Source: Tubulanus polymorphus (Eukaryota; Animalia; Nemertea). Taken from it: DNA of 64,000 bases. The notes under the pieces are model-generated. The model made no database searches. It saw only the letters and a program-made list of their open reading frames with translations, and was not told the origin of the DNA. Where the stretch lies: assembly GCF_964204645.1 (NCBI RefSeq), contig NC_134032.1, forward strand, positions 3,496,175-3,560,174, in the 5' to 3' direction. Positions 25,901-38,300 of the stretch are shown here, piece by piece (position 1 is the stretch's first letter; every line of letters begins with the position of its first letter). The position numbers were made by a program, and so were the translations under genes.

Positions 25901-28900
25901 TACTAAGGCTCCACGCTGAAAGCTGATGATAATGATGATTATCCGGTCCAATCCGTGTTTGAATTATCCTCAAAGGTCATAAAAGGGTTCCTCCTCACAG
26001 ATTGCGGTCAAGTGTGAAAAGTCATATTTTTTCCTGTTATTTCTAGTTAAATGGCAGATCGCTGTTTTTAGTGGAATCAAGCGGAGTAGTTCCAGGTTAT
26101 ACTATACCAGTGGAAGAGTTAATATTCAGATTATCGGTGACCGAGGTGAATCACAGTTTACATATCTAGGTTCACAATTCGGGGAACACAGAGAACGAGA
26201 AGATGTGATCATCTTCACGAGAAATATTGGAAAACCTAAAACTGTAAAAATAAAACTCGAATCAGGAGATAGAGAAAAATGGTGGTTGCTAAAACAAGTA
26301 AGTTGTCAATAAGTCCTAAACTGCTCGTAATGTAGGTCAACCTGCTCATTATGTAGGTCATCCTACTCGTGATGTAGGTCATCCTACTCGCGTCGCTATC
26401 TGGAATCGAGGATCATCAGTGATTTACATTTTACAGGTGAATTGATTGAAATAATCAATACAGGTTCCCCTTGCCCTCCTTCCCCCTCTCCCTCTCATTG
26501 TCCTCCTCACCCCTCACAATCTCCCCTTCTACTCTACCCTCCTCACACCCTCTCATTTCTCACTCCCTCACCTCCTCACTAACTCTCTCACCTCCTCACC
26601 CCTCACACCTCTCTCAGGTTTTTACAATCTACCTCTGATTTTCTCGTTGTAGTTCACAATGTTCTCCAGTAAGATTTTCCCGAATCAACAATTTGTCGCT
26701 AACACAACAAAAACGATGTCAGACTCAACCACCAGCACATACATTGGATCGAATCAAGTGGCTGTTATTGAGTTAAAAACTGTAGAATTTGGTGAGTACC
26801 ACAATGAGTACCTCAAGTTAAACACTGTAGATTTTGCTGAGTAGCACAACCTGTAAACCTGCACAGTTGTGACTTCTTAAGCCCGAAAATGGTTGCGTAA
26901 GTTGTTAGTTTGTTTGATTGTGTGGAGTTGAATCTAAGTCCTGTAGCTTGAACTTCAGTTAAAACACGGCGGCGCCGCGAGTCGAACCATATTCAAAATC
27001 GATAATATATATTTGTAGGACCATCAGCAGTGACACAAGTTACAGAAACCACCTCAACGTCAAGTGAGTTATTTTTACAGAAGGTTTAAAAAGTGTACAA
27101 TCAATTGGTTACATGAGCCCCTTGCAGGTTGGGTTAGGTACCATTTGAAAATTGAACAAACATATATATTTATATTTGTAGGACCATCAACAGTGACACA
27201 AGTCACAGAAACCACCTCAACGTCAAGTGAGTTATTTCTATTGATCACCAAAGTTTTAGAAAGTGTACATTCATTTCATGCGAAATAAATACCCTGATTA
27301 AAGCATTTTACTCTTTAAACTTTTTTGAAACAAAAATGCCACGAAAATAATGAATTTGAAACTGTTGACATACAGTTGAGTTTTATATAATTGCAGATTC
27401 TAAAAATGCTGGTCCTGCGGACACGGTGGCTGGTTTCTGGGCAACAGTTGGCAGTGCAATCGGTTTCTCAATTGTGATTGCAATCGTTATCGTAGTAACG
27501 GTCGTGTTGTATGTACACCGCAGAAACATGTATAACAGAAATACTACTGGTTCGTTGTTTATATTTTACAGGGGGTTTGAGAACTCGTCACTCAATGTCG
27601 TAATATTGCTGTATATACAGTTTTAGCAGCATCAGAACCAATTGAATATTCCATGCATAGATTATTCTTATATCTAGAGATTGTCTATACTAGTCAGGAA
27701 CCCGATAATGATGCTGATGATTCATACAAATGATGACTTATACTTAGTATATTGAATTGGAAATATGAATTTGTCAGACTCGAAGACTATCACCAAATAT
27801 TTATGTTCTAGGCAAAACATAGACGTGTGGAATTAGCCCTAAGCAATCATCACAGTCGAGTGGTGACCAGTCAGGTCTGATGACCTGATTACAATACCCG
27901 ATATCATTCTATCATTTGGTCCTCAAAACTTCTTGTAATAGAACGATAACCACACTCAAACGTGGTGAACGGATAATATGATAAAATCCCACTATTTACA
28001 GATTAAAAGAATTTTAGAACAAGAATTTATTTATTCAATCTAAAATATATAGAATACACGACGTTTCGATCTCAGACACCCGACGATGATCTCTAGGGTG
28101 AGATTGAAACGCCGTGTATTCTATATATTTTAGATTGAATAAATAAATTCTTGTTCTAAAATTCTTTTAATCTGTAAATAGTGGGTTTTTATCTTATTTT
28201 CTTGTCTTACTCTTAATAACTGGCAACCATATGAACCGTAAATTAACTATAAACTGTAGGTTCTAATCCGTAGATTTGGCTAGTGCAGTGAACAGTTCAG
28301 TACTAGTACCGGTACTAGTCCTTCCATTATTCCGAAACAAACTATTCCTAAAACTCATCGAGTCCTTGACCTGAAAGAGTTTACTGTTGATGAGAAATAC
28401 GGTGAAACTCTTAGAGTGAATTGAATCAGAACTAAGAATTAGGAGTAAAAAAATAGAGATGACTTCAGTAATGTGACGACTGATCCAAATGACAACTTAC
28501 ACTTAGTAAATTGAAATAGAAATACAAATTGAGACTCAAAATAGAGAGACGACGGGTTGTAATGTTGCGATGATTTCACTGAACTGTTAAATATTCGTCT
28601 ATTTCTTTTTTCAGGTGTGGTTTCTGAACCGGATGTCGTTTATGAATGTTCTGTTGGCGCTAGTGGTAACTCGTGTTTTAACATGTTTGAAATGACGTAA
28701 CTGACTCTGTAGGAATTCTCCGTGATAACGCGATATTTCTCTGTGTTTTGTAGCTCGGATCGACAGACGAACTGTTCCTCCATCTACTCCAGCTGCTCCA
28801 TCTGCTGCTGGTGTCGGGTTCATTGAAGAAGGTGCGCGCGCAGGTCTTCGCGTCCAACCAGAATCCGTTTCGAATTTTTTAAACCGATTCTATTTCTGAA

Positions 28901-29661
28901 ATGTGTTTTTTATTTCTAGTTGAGAATGTTGAAGACGATGATTTCACGGCTGGAAGTGTTGATATTGAGGTTTGTATCGAACCCTCCCGATCTAGATCCA
29001 CCTACACCCCCTCAATCTATAGCGTCGAGCCACCCCCCCCCCCAATCTATAGCGTGGAGCCACCCACACCCCCTCAATCTATAGCGTGGAACAACCTACA
29101 CCCCCTCGATCTATAGCGTGGAACCACCCACACCCACTCGATCTATAGCATGGAACCACCCACACCCCCTCAATCTATAGCGTGGAACCACCCACACCCC
29201 CTCGATCTATAGCGTGGAACCACCCACACCCCCTTGATCTATAGCGTGGAGCCACCCACACTCCCTCAATCTATAGCATGGAGCCAACACTTCAACAATC
29301 TGAAGGGAATGCAAGTTTTTGGCTGAGGGGGTGCAGGGTTTCGACTGAGGAGTCCACACTGAGGGGTGAGGGGTCCACACTGAGGGAGGTGAGGGGTCCC
29401 GACTATCAGGCTGTTGATACCCGCATAAATTGCGAGATAATTAAACATCTTTTTTTTCTTCAGGATATCGGTGAAGATGGGACGATCTATGCACGACTAG
29501 ACAACATGTCCCGACCGGACCCCGCGAGGCTTCAACCGAGCACCTCTAGGGGGCGTACTGCTCCACGAGTGATCCTAGGCGCCGAGGAAGATGTCGGATT
29601 GTACGGTGAATTAGACTTCAGTCGACCTGCGATACCTTTAACAGAACTAAACAACCACTGA
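19901..29661 (+). CDS. Multi-exon type I membrane protein: signal peptide, 2 CUB, 2 PLAT/LH2-like domains, Thr/Ser stalk, TM, cytoplasmic tail with tyrosine motifs
   Basis: Phase-compatible GT-AG exons read manually: 19901-19961 (MASMKSLFVVAVFLYVGNSL), 23014(or 22921)-23153, 23972(or 23891)-24044, 24295-24426, 24503-24633, 24901-24991, 25070-25204, 25314-25549, 25636-25753, 26047-26297, 26653-26791, 27019-27063, 27182-27226, 27397-27549 (TM), 28615-28665, 28754-28831, 28920-28969, 29464-29661. CUB motifs SGYITSPGYP..Y..N..C.W.I and YCG...F.SD....GFKL.W occur twice; AATAAA at ~29912. Confidence 0.8.
20330..20680. repeat. Degenerate ctgtctaatgatcta-type tandem repeats (intronic)
   Basis: Repeated actgtctaatgat(c/t)taatga(c/t)ga motifs. 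Confidence 0.75.
20730..21058 (+). pseudogene. CR1/L2-type LINE RT C-terminal fragment in intron 1
   Basis: VRNLG.YFD.NMTMDHHVKQVCKTASFGLYKIGKIR.FL...LVH, then frameshifted SRLDYCNSLL.G....IEKL..IQN. Confidence 0.85.
21573..21790. repeat. 56-bp tandem repeat, 4 copies
   Basis: Unit aaatatgaaagatgttactgagggtcttactgttgataactgattaatttgaacag. Confidence 0.92.
22560..22705 (-). mobile_element. Second copy of the tRNA-derived SINE-like repeat
   Basis: Shares ctgattggct(c/g)atttacacc..cgactt..gagaaaat..agcgga..actagaccacc with 1260-1420. Confidence 0.5.
23208..23608. mobile_element. Intronic MITE
   Basis: Imperfect TIRs aaaccgggtgcgcacacctttgcgatc / gatcgcacaggtttgcgccgggcttt. Confidence 0.6.
27980..28193. 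repeat. Intronic palindrome made of inverted Penelope-like 3' ends with a central degenerate hammerhead core
   Basis: ~90-bp near-perfect arms; the centre reads cgacgatgatctctagggtgagattGAAACG on + with the mirror cgtttcgatctca on the other arm. Confidence 0.7.
28998..29290. repeat. ~31-bp intronic minisatellite
   Basis: Unit ccctc(a/g)atctatagcgtgga(a/g)ccacccacac, ~9 copies. Confidence 0.92.
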
Positions 29662-30250
29662 AACCAGTGAATTATAATCTGCCAATCGCGACAATCAATT
29701 CCTATTATTTTTAATTTTCTTTTCTCATTTCTTTTTTGTGTTATTTGTTTTTTCTATCTATTATCTGTAACTATTTTTTATTTTTCGGTCAGCTGTCCCA
29801 CTGTATGTTTTCCCACTGATATATTGTAAGATTTTTATGATGATCATATAATCATATTCTGTCTTAGAAAACTGATGTATAGGATTATACTATGTCATAA
29901 TTTTTGCAGGAAATAAAGTAATAATAATAATGATGATAATAGGCCTAATAATAATAATTTATCCAAGTAGAATTTTATAAAAATCAAGACATCATATTCT
30001 TTAGATAATAAATGAATTGTAAATAAGTATTTATCTGTCTAATATTGGTGTGTTTGTAATACGTTTCTAATGTTTGTTTATGACTGTGCAGGAGTCAGTT
30101 GCCTCTAAGTTGGTTGTTATAGTTAACCAGTGGATAGTTGACTTTTGATAGTGACAATTAAAAGTTTATTGTTACTATGTATGCTATTTATCCACCGGTT
30201 ATCTTTATCCATCTTAACAAGCTGCTACAGCCTCCGCCCCCCTCCCCCGG

Positions 30251-30822
30251 GCCAGTTGCGTAGTCATAACTTGAGTCCAAAAGTGGTCTTGAATCGTAAG
30301 ACTGGTCTTAAGTTGTTAGATTGGCTATAGAACTAAGTTGGTCTTAGACTGGTCTTAAGTTGTTAGGTCGGCTATAGAACCAAAATGAGCTTAGAAAGGT
30401 CTTAAAGTTGTTAGATTGGCTATAGAACTAAGTTGGTCTTAGACTGGTCTTATGTAGTTAGATTGGTTATAGAACCAAAATGAGCTTAGACTGGTCTTAA
30501 GTTGTTAGATTGGCTATAGAACTAAGTTGGTCTTAGACGGGTCTTAAGTTGTTAGATTGGTTATAGAACCAAAATGAGCTTAGACTGGTCTTAAGTTGTT
30601 AGATTAGCTATAGAACCAAAATGAGCTTAGACTGGTCTTTAGTTGTTAGATTGGCCATAGGACCAAGTTGGTCTGAGACTGGTCTTAAGTTGTTAGATTG
30701 GCTATAGAACTATGGTCTTGGGTCTAAGATTTTATCTTAAGACTGATTTTAAGTTTATGTCAGATTGGCTGTAGAACTGGTCTTAGACTGGTTGAAAGTC
30801 TAACCATGACTATGCAACCGGC
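30251..30822. mobile_element. MITE carrying an internal 47-bp satellite array
   Basis: TIRs gccagttgcgtagtcat / atgactatgcaaccggc; internal units actggtcttaagttgttagattggctatagaac(taagttggt/caaaatgag)cttag, ~9 copies. Confidence 0.75.
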
Positions 30823-30823
30823 A

Positions 30824-31096
30824 CAGAGCCGTCGGTAGGAATTTTTCAGTGGCAAGGCTTATTTCTGAAGGGGGGTCTGGGGCCCTCCCCTAGAAAGATT
30901 TTGATAATTCAATCCCCGGAGATGCGTTTTGGGGCCATTTCATGGTCTCATTCATAGAAACATGAGAAGTCGTGAGCCAACCACCTAGTACAGAGAACGA
31001 CGAGCTGCTACGCGGTACAGCGTGCTTTGAAAAAACTTAAAGCAAAAGAGTGGGGCGGCTTTGGCCGACCCTGCCGCCCCTGTTCCGACGGCCCTG
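30824..31096. mobile_element. CAG...CTG MITE with 5-bp target-site duplication
   Basis: TIRs cagagccgtcgg / ccgacggccctg; CGGCA on both flanks (30819-30823, 31097-31101). A second left end (47 bp) lies at 31575-31621. Confidence 0.8.
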
Positions 31097-31436
31097 CGGC
31101 AGCTGGATCCAGTTCCACTTTTCGCGGTTAAATCTTAAATGTTATGATAAATCTCAGCACTATGAAACTGGATCAATATTTTCATCATCTAACCCGCGGG
31201 TTACATATGTATTTTCATTGATTGTATGAACTAAAAAGGAATGAATTAATTTGAGAAGATAATTTGAATATAACCATTAAACAGTCGTTAGCGTTTTATT
31301 TTTTTTGTCGTTTTGATGACGTCATGGATATCTTACGGAAAACCCAGTCTCATGGAAGAGGAGTTTGCATCTTGACCCCTCCAAATTTGGTGACTTTCTA
31401 CATACATTTATTTCACCGTACGGTGCTGCCGCTATA

Positions 31437-31571
31437 CTCCTTGTTAGCGGGATTTTCATACACTAACGCAAGTCGACTCTGGCAAGCAAGGGTTATGGAG
31501 TATAACTAGAGAGCACGTCGATTGCCAGAGTTGACTTACGTTAGTGTATAGAAAAAACCGCTAACGATGAG
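31437..31571. repeat. Short imperfect palindrome/MITE
   Basis: gttagcgg..atacactaacgcaagtcgactctggcaa / ttgccagagttgacttacgttagtgtat..ccgctaac. Confidence 0.7.
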
Positions 31572-34301
31572 CATCAGAGCCGTCGGAAGGAATTTTTCAG
31601 TGGCGAGGCTTATTTCTGAAGCATTATGAGAATGCCGGTTTGCTAGCGTATCTATTTAACACCCGTATTGCTCGGGTTAGTTTTACTATCAACGGGTGGC
31701 GCTGTATGTAAATTTCACATAAATCAACGACTTTGGCTATTAGCGGTACTTAAGACCACTTGAAAACATCATAGTCAATTACGCGGTAGTAGTGAAAATA
31801 AAAAGTTACAGTTCGGTGTACAGCACCATAGCACCCATATAATACCACATACATTTTATTCAGACTAAGGACTATTAGTTAACACTGATCTTCATTTCCA
31901 TTAATTAATGATCTGTTGAATTAATAAGTAATCCAGTCTTTCGGTGTTCGAGATAAAATGCCCGCAAAATAAGAACTAACGAACCAAGGCTGACCACAAA
32001 TTGCCCAACAGATAGATTTAAAATTTTTGGAAACGTTTTGACAAGTACTGGCTATATAGGCCCTAGTAAATTATCTGTTTTGCAAACAATTAAGTTGTTT
32101 GGTGTCAAATAACTAGATATGATGTGGACATTAAATTAAAAATTGTTTAACTGACCAATGCTTGACCAGTACTGACCAGTTACCACTAACTAGAACCCAC
32201 CATAAGTAATTTATATGTTTAGTAAAGCAATAAAATCGTGTTTGGGCGTCGAGCTACTAGATACGATGCGGGCTATGATCTAACAACTATTTAACTGACC
32301 AATATTTTACCAATACTGACCTTAAAGTAATTTGTTTATTCTAGAAGCAACACAGTCGTGTTTGGTGTCAAATAATTAGAAATGGTGTGGGCTTTCATCT
32401 AACAACTATTCAAGTGACCAAATATTGACCAATACTGACCACATAGCTATATTTATCTGTTTCGGACACAACTTAGTCGTGTCTCGTATCAAATAATTTC
32501 ATTCGGTCTGAACGTTAATATAATAACTCTTTTACCTGTACAAGCTACACCAGTACTGTCTAATTACCGATTAAATGTTTTTAGAAATAACACGGGGTAT
32601 TGCCTGAATCCTTCGTCAGTACTACTCTTATTAAATGTGTCGTTTTAAAAGTCTTGTCCAATTTTTATTGTAGGAAGCGAGCTAACTTTGAAATTTCCCA
32701 CTAAATGCAAAAGATTTTTACGTAGGGTTTTGAAAGAACAACGTTTCGATTTGTAATTGTAACGTGCGCATTTGAGCCTGTAACGTGCACATTTCACTAG
32801 TGTGAACGTGCGTATCGGTACCAACATACGAAACTTGTCAAACTTTTGCGTTCAAGACGTTTAAACTGAACACTAAAGGAGATATTATATCATATCATAT
32901 CATATCATATCATATCATATCATATATATATGAATAATGAATAGATGGAAGATAATGTAGTAGTTTTGAATGTTTCGTAACTGCCGTCCACTGACCGCAG
33001 ATCATCAAAGTTAATCGCCTCATATGAAATATATATTCGTTATAAGGGATGTAGTAGTTCAGTGAGAATTCAAACTTATGGGTAATTTTAAGTGATCACA
33101 ACGCTGACCAATAGAGAAAGCTGTATCACAACAGAAGTGCGACTAACGTATCTTATTGAAACATTGTAAAATACCGGAGAGTAAATGGGAGAACCCTGAA
33201 TTCGAAACAATTTCACACTCGGATCGTTTACTTTGAAAACACAATTTGCAATTTGTGGACATGCATTATTTCTGCACCAAAAGCATGAAGTATATTATCT
33301 TTGCTCGTAAAAATTTGAAATTTTGAGGAAGATTTTTGGCCTCGTTAACCTGTGAACACGTCCTTCATATATCTTCTAAGACCGATCTTGATATAATGCT
33401 GAGAGTTTAGAGAAAATTATGGTAGGATGTAAACTTAGGCCGCTTCGTATCCGTGGAAGGTTGCTAATTATTGATCTTATACACAATAATCATAAGTACG
33501 TAACACGAGACTCCATAGAATATCGTTTTTCAATCATACGTACACAAATTATTGCGATATAAAGATAAATAGTACTTTAATATACTTTTTACTTCTTATA
33601 CTGAATATTTCTTTAGTAGTATTAATAAAGAGTGGATCAGCAGGCTACCTGAGCCCATTCCACGATTTGAGGTCAGTTGCCAAAAGTTAGTAATTTTACA
33701 TACCAGTGGATAGTTAACATTTAAAATGACAATTAAAACTTCATTGCTAAAAATAACTTTGTATTCGTAGAATAGTTACACTCAAATGCGGAGAATTGAT
33801 AATACTATAATACGATACGAAAATTCACTGTGTACAAATTCAAAAAGATGATCTCTAGTGAACGATCGAACGTTGTGTCGTTATTTTCTAATGATAAAAC
33901 TTGGTTTGAGATTTGAAATGTGTACATATTGGATCTTTTTCATATTAACAGTGTATTTGGTCATGTATCATATTGTATAATGGTTAATTTAAACTAACTG
34001 GTCCCAGAGTTGTATCCTTAAATCCTGTAATAGAGGATGCAATCTTTTTGCGGCAAACAGTACAAATAGCTAGAAAAAGCAACGATAGTGCATTGGTAAA
34101 CTTAAAGCAAGCGTACAATTGGTTGTTTAGGTTTTTCGTTGGGAAAATTAATGTTTAATCATTATTGAAATATCCGAGGCGAGCTTTTCCAGGAATTTAC
34201 AAAGTTGAGCTTTACACAAGGAATTTTTTTTGTAGTCCGATATCCGTGATTACCTCTGGCTTGGAGAGATACAATCTAAAACCAACCGTCGAGTCAAATA
34301 T

Positions 34302-34945
34302 TTTCGTAAAAGCGCCTATAGTCGTCATGAACACCCGATTTGAATTCAAATTCAAAAGACTCCTAAAAACGCACGTGTTTACTCGATTACTGTAAAGCGC
34401 TTGAGCATTTATATGCAAGAATCAGTGAAATTGGCGCTTTATCAGTTGTATTCATCATTCAAACCATTATTCTCCTTATCCTATGAATTTGGAGACCCAT
34501 CCTCGCATGAGAATGAATATAATGTGATTCAATTAAAGATGACACATGGCCTCAATATCATAACGTTATGTTTTTTAACGGGTGGGCGAGATTATATTCT
34601 TATGTTTTTGTTTCTCTGAATGTCGCTATTTAAGAGTTCAATAATAATTCAGTCAACCAAACAAAGGATTTTTCTGTATGTTTCGTGTCCTGTTTTTCCA
34701 TAACCCTAGGACTGCATTTTAGGTATTTTTCGTGGATGACCGAACGCTGCTGTCCCTTTCTAGTAATTTGATGATATCTGTCGAAATCTAAATTTTAAAA
34801 AGGAATCAGGCATATCTCCTTGTTTGATTAAGTAAGAACTCAACTTTAAGGGACACTCCCTTAAAGGCGCCGAAGTAAAATTAGGAGTCTTTTGAATTTG
34901 AATTCAAATCGGGTGTTCATGACGACTATAGGCGCTTTTACGAAA
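34302..34945. mobile_element. Nested inverted-repeat element in the foldback spacer
   Basis: tttcgtaaaagcgcctatagtcgtcatgaacacccg...agactcctaa (34302-~34366) is exactly inverted at 34881-34945. Confidence 0.8.
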
Positions 34946-35323
34946 CTGAATCTTTGTAAATCGATTTAAGTTTCACGTTTACGGCACGCGGTCGGTTAGT
35001 GAATCCGATTTGGTAAATCAAATCGTTTATGGACGCGGTTTAGTAAATTGATTTATTAAATCGACTAACTTGCTCGGCGAGCAAGTTAGTGGCGATTTAG
35101 TCAGTGAAATCCAACTTGGCGTCCTCTTCGACCGCAGGCTAAAGACATCTATTGCAGACCATCATCTATCAATAATTCGGTCACCATTGACGCCCATTTT
35201 CTTTCGAATCGCGACCTTTAGATTGATAAATTGATTCGACTCGTTTACGAAAAACGATTCGATTTACAACATCGAATCGGAATTTAATTAAACCGAATCA
35301 GATTCAATTTCGTAAAAGCGCCT
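34930..35323. mobile_element. MITE with AGGCGCTTTTACGAAA TIRs
   Basis: aggcgcttttacgaaactgaatc ... gattcaatttcgtaaaagcgcct. Confidence 0.75.
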
Positions 35324-38300
35324 TATAATTGAGCATTCTAGGGCTGGAGCAAGAAACGTGTGGGATCGTCCGCCAAGGTATCGCTAAGGAGTCAGTCCGT
35401 GGTGGCTTTTGAAAGCGACGACCGCATATGAATGCATTGATTGAATGACATCTCAAAAGTCAGATTATATAAAATTAAACATGATATACGGAAAGGTTCT
35501 TCCAATTAGGCCTATACTGGTAAAAATGAAATGACCCAATATGTGACATAAATGTTCAATCAAAAAGTAGAAAGTGAATCCGTAATTCAGTATGGTAGGC
35601 CTATTGTTACAACATCAAACACTAAAATTCAATCCTTTGTTAAATTGGAAGCCAGTGTAGATGAGCAAGTATCGTGGTCCCTGATTTTAGTTATCGTAAT
35701 AATTCAAGGCACGCGATTTTGAACTGTTCAACAAGTTGGAGTTTGTGAGTTTGAAATGGAGTGGACTTCAGATATTACTGTTTGCATGCCTATGTCTATT
35801 ACTTAATCTTTTTACTAATCATAGAAAATTGTGGTAAAATATTTGACTCGACGGTTGGTTTTAGATTGTATCTCTCCAAGCCAGAGGTAATCACGGATAT
35901 CGGACCACAAAAAAAATTCCTTGTGTAAAGCTCAACTTTGTAAATTCCTGGAAAAGCTCGCCTCGGATATTTCAATAATGATTAAACATTAATTTTCCCA
36001 ACGAAAAACCTAAACAACCAATTGTACGCTTGCTTTAAGTTTACCAATGCACTATCGTTGCTTTTTCTAGCTATTTGTACTGTTTGCCGCAAAAAGATTG
36101 CATCCTCTATTACAGGATTTAAGGATACAACTCTAAAACCAGTTAGTTTAAATTAACCATTATACAATATGATACATGACCAAATACACTGTTAATATGA
36201 AAAAGATCCAATATGTACACATTTCAAATCTCAAACCAAGTTTTATCATTAGAAAATAACGACACAACGTTCGATCGTTCACTAGAGATCATCTTTTTGA
36301 ATTTGTACACAGTGAATTTTCGTATCGTATTATAGTATTATCAATTCTCCGCATTTGAGTGTAACTATTCTACGAATACAAAGTTATTTTTAGCAATGAA
36401 GTTTTAATTGTCATTTTAAATGTTAACTATCCACTGGTATGTAAAATTACTAACTTTTGGCAACTGACCTCAAATCGTGGAATGGGCTCAGGTAGCCTGC
36501 TGATCCACTCTTTATTAATACTACTAAAGAAATATTCAGTATAAGAAGTAAAAAGTATATTAAAGTACTATTTATCTTTATATCGCAATAATTTGTGTAC
36601 GTATGATTGAAAAACGATATTCTATGGAGTCTCGTGTTACGTACTTATGATTATTGTGTATAAGATCAATAATTAGCAACCTTCCACGGATACGAAGCGG
36701 CCTAAGTTTACATCCTACCATAATTTTCTCTAAACTCTCAGCATTATATCAAGATCGGTCTTAGAAGATATATGAAGGACGTGTTCACAGGTTAACGAGG
36801 CCAAAAATCTTCCTCAAAATTTCAAATTTTTACGAGCAAAGATAATATACTTCATGCTTTTGGTGCAGAAATAATGCATGTCCACAAATTGCAGATTGTG
36901 TTTTCAAAGTAAACGATCCGAGTGTGAAATTGTTTCGAATTCAGGGTTCTCCCATTTACTCTCCGGTATTTTAAATGTTTCAATAAGATACGGTAGTCGC
37001 ACTTCTGTTGTGATACAGCTTTCTCTATTGGTCAGCGTTGTGATCACTTAAAATCACCCATAAGTTTGAATTCTCACTGAACTACTACATCCCTTATAAC
37101 GAATATATATTTCAAATGAGGCGATTAACTTTGATGATCTGCGGTCAGTGGACAGCAGTTACGAAACATTCAAAACTACTACATTATCTTCCATCTATTC
37201 ATTATTCATAAATTATATGATATGATATGATATGATATAATATCTCCTTTAGTGTTCAGTTTAAACGTCTTGAACGCAAAAGTTTGACAAGTTTCGCATG
37301 TTGGTACCGATACGCACGTTCACACTAGTGAAATGTGCACGTTACAGGCTCAAATGCGCACGTTACAATTACAAATCGAAACGTTGTTCGTTCAAAACCC
37401 GATGTGAAAATCTTTTGCATTTAGTGGGAAATTTCAAAGTTAGCTCGCTTCCTACAATAAAAATTGGACAAGACTTTTAAAACGACACATTTAATAAGAG
37501 TAGTACTGACGAAGGATTCAGGCAATACCCCGTGTTATTTCTAAAAACATTTAACCGGTAATTAGACAGTACTGGTGTAGCTTGTACAGGTAAAAGAGTT
37601 GTTATATTTACGTTCAGACCGAATGAAATTATTTGATACGAGACACGACTAAGTTGTGTCCGAAACAGATAAATATAGCTATGTGGTCAGTATTGGTCGA
37701 GATTTGGTCACTTGAATAGTTGTTAGATGAAAGCCCACACCATTTCTAATTATTTGACACCAAACACGACTGTGTTGCTTCTAGAATAAACAAATTACTT
37801 TAAGGTCAGTATTGGTAAAATATTGGTCAGTTAAATAGTTGTTAGATCATAGCCCGCACCGTATCTAGTAGCTCGACGCCCAAACACGATTTTATTGCTT
37901 TACTAAACATATGAATTACATATGGTGGGTTCTAGTTAGTGGTAACTGGTCAGTACTGGTCAAGCATTGGTCAGTTAAACAATTTTTAGTTTAATATCCA
38001 CATTATATCTAGTTATTTGACACCAAATAACCTAATTGTTTGCAAAACAGATAATTTACTATATAGCCAGTACTGGTCATGCATTGGTCAGTTGATAGAC
38101 CAAGGTCCACGCCACGAGTTATTTGATACTAAACATTATTGTGTCGTTTCGGAAAATTTATCTGTTGGGCAATTTGTGGTCAGCCCTGGTTCGTTATTTC
38201 TTATTTTGCGGGCATTTTATCTCGAACCACCGAAAGACTGAATTAGGCTACTAATTAATTCAACAGATCATTAATTAATGGAAATGAAGATCAGTGTTAA

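Noticed and set aside
26437-26463. Possible micro-exon of the CUB/PLAT gene
   Set aside because: Phase-incompatible (immediate stop) with the upstream phase-0 donor; 26297 joins 26653 in frame without it.
32645-32827. 60-aa ORF present twice (mirror at 37298-37480)
   Set aside because: Duplicated only because it lies in the foldback arms; no protein motif.
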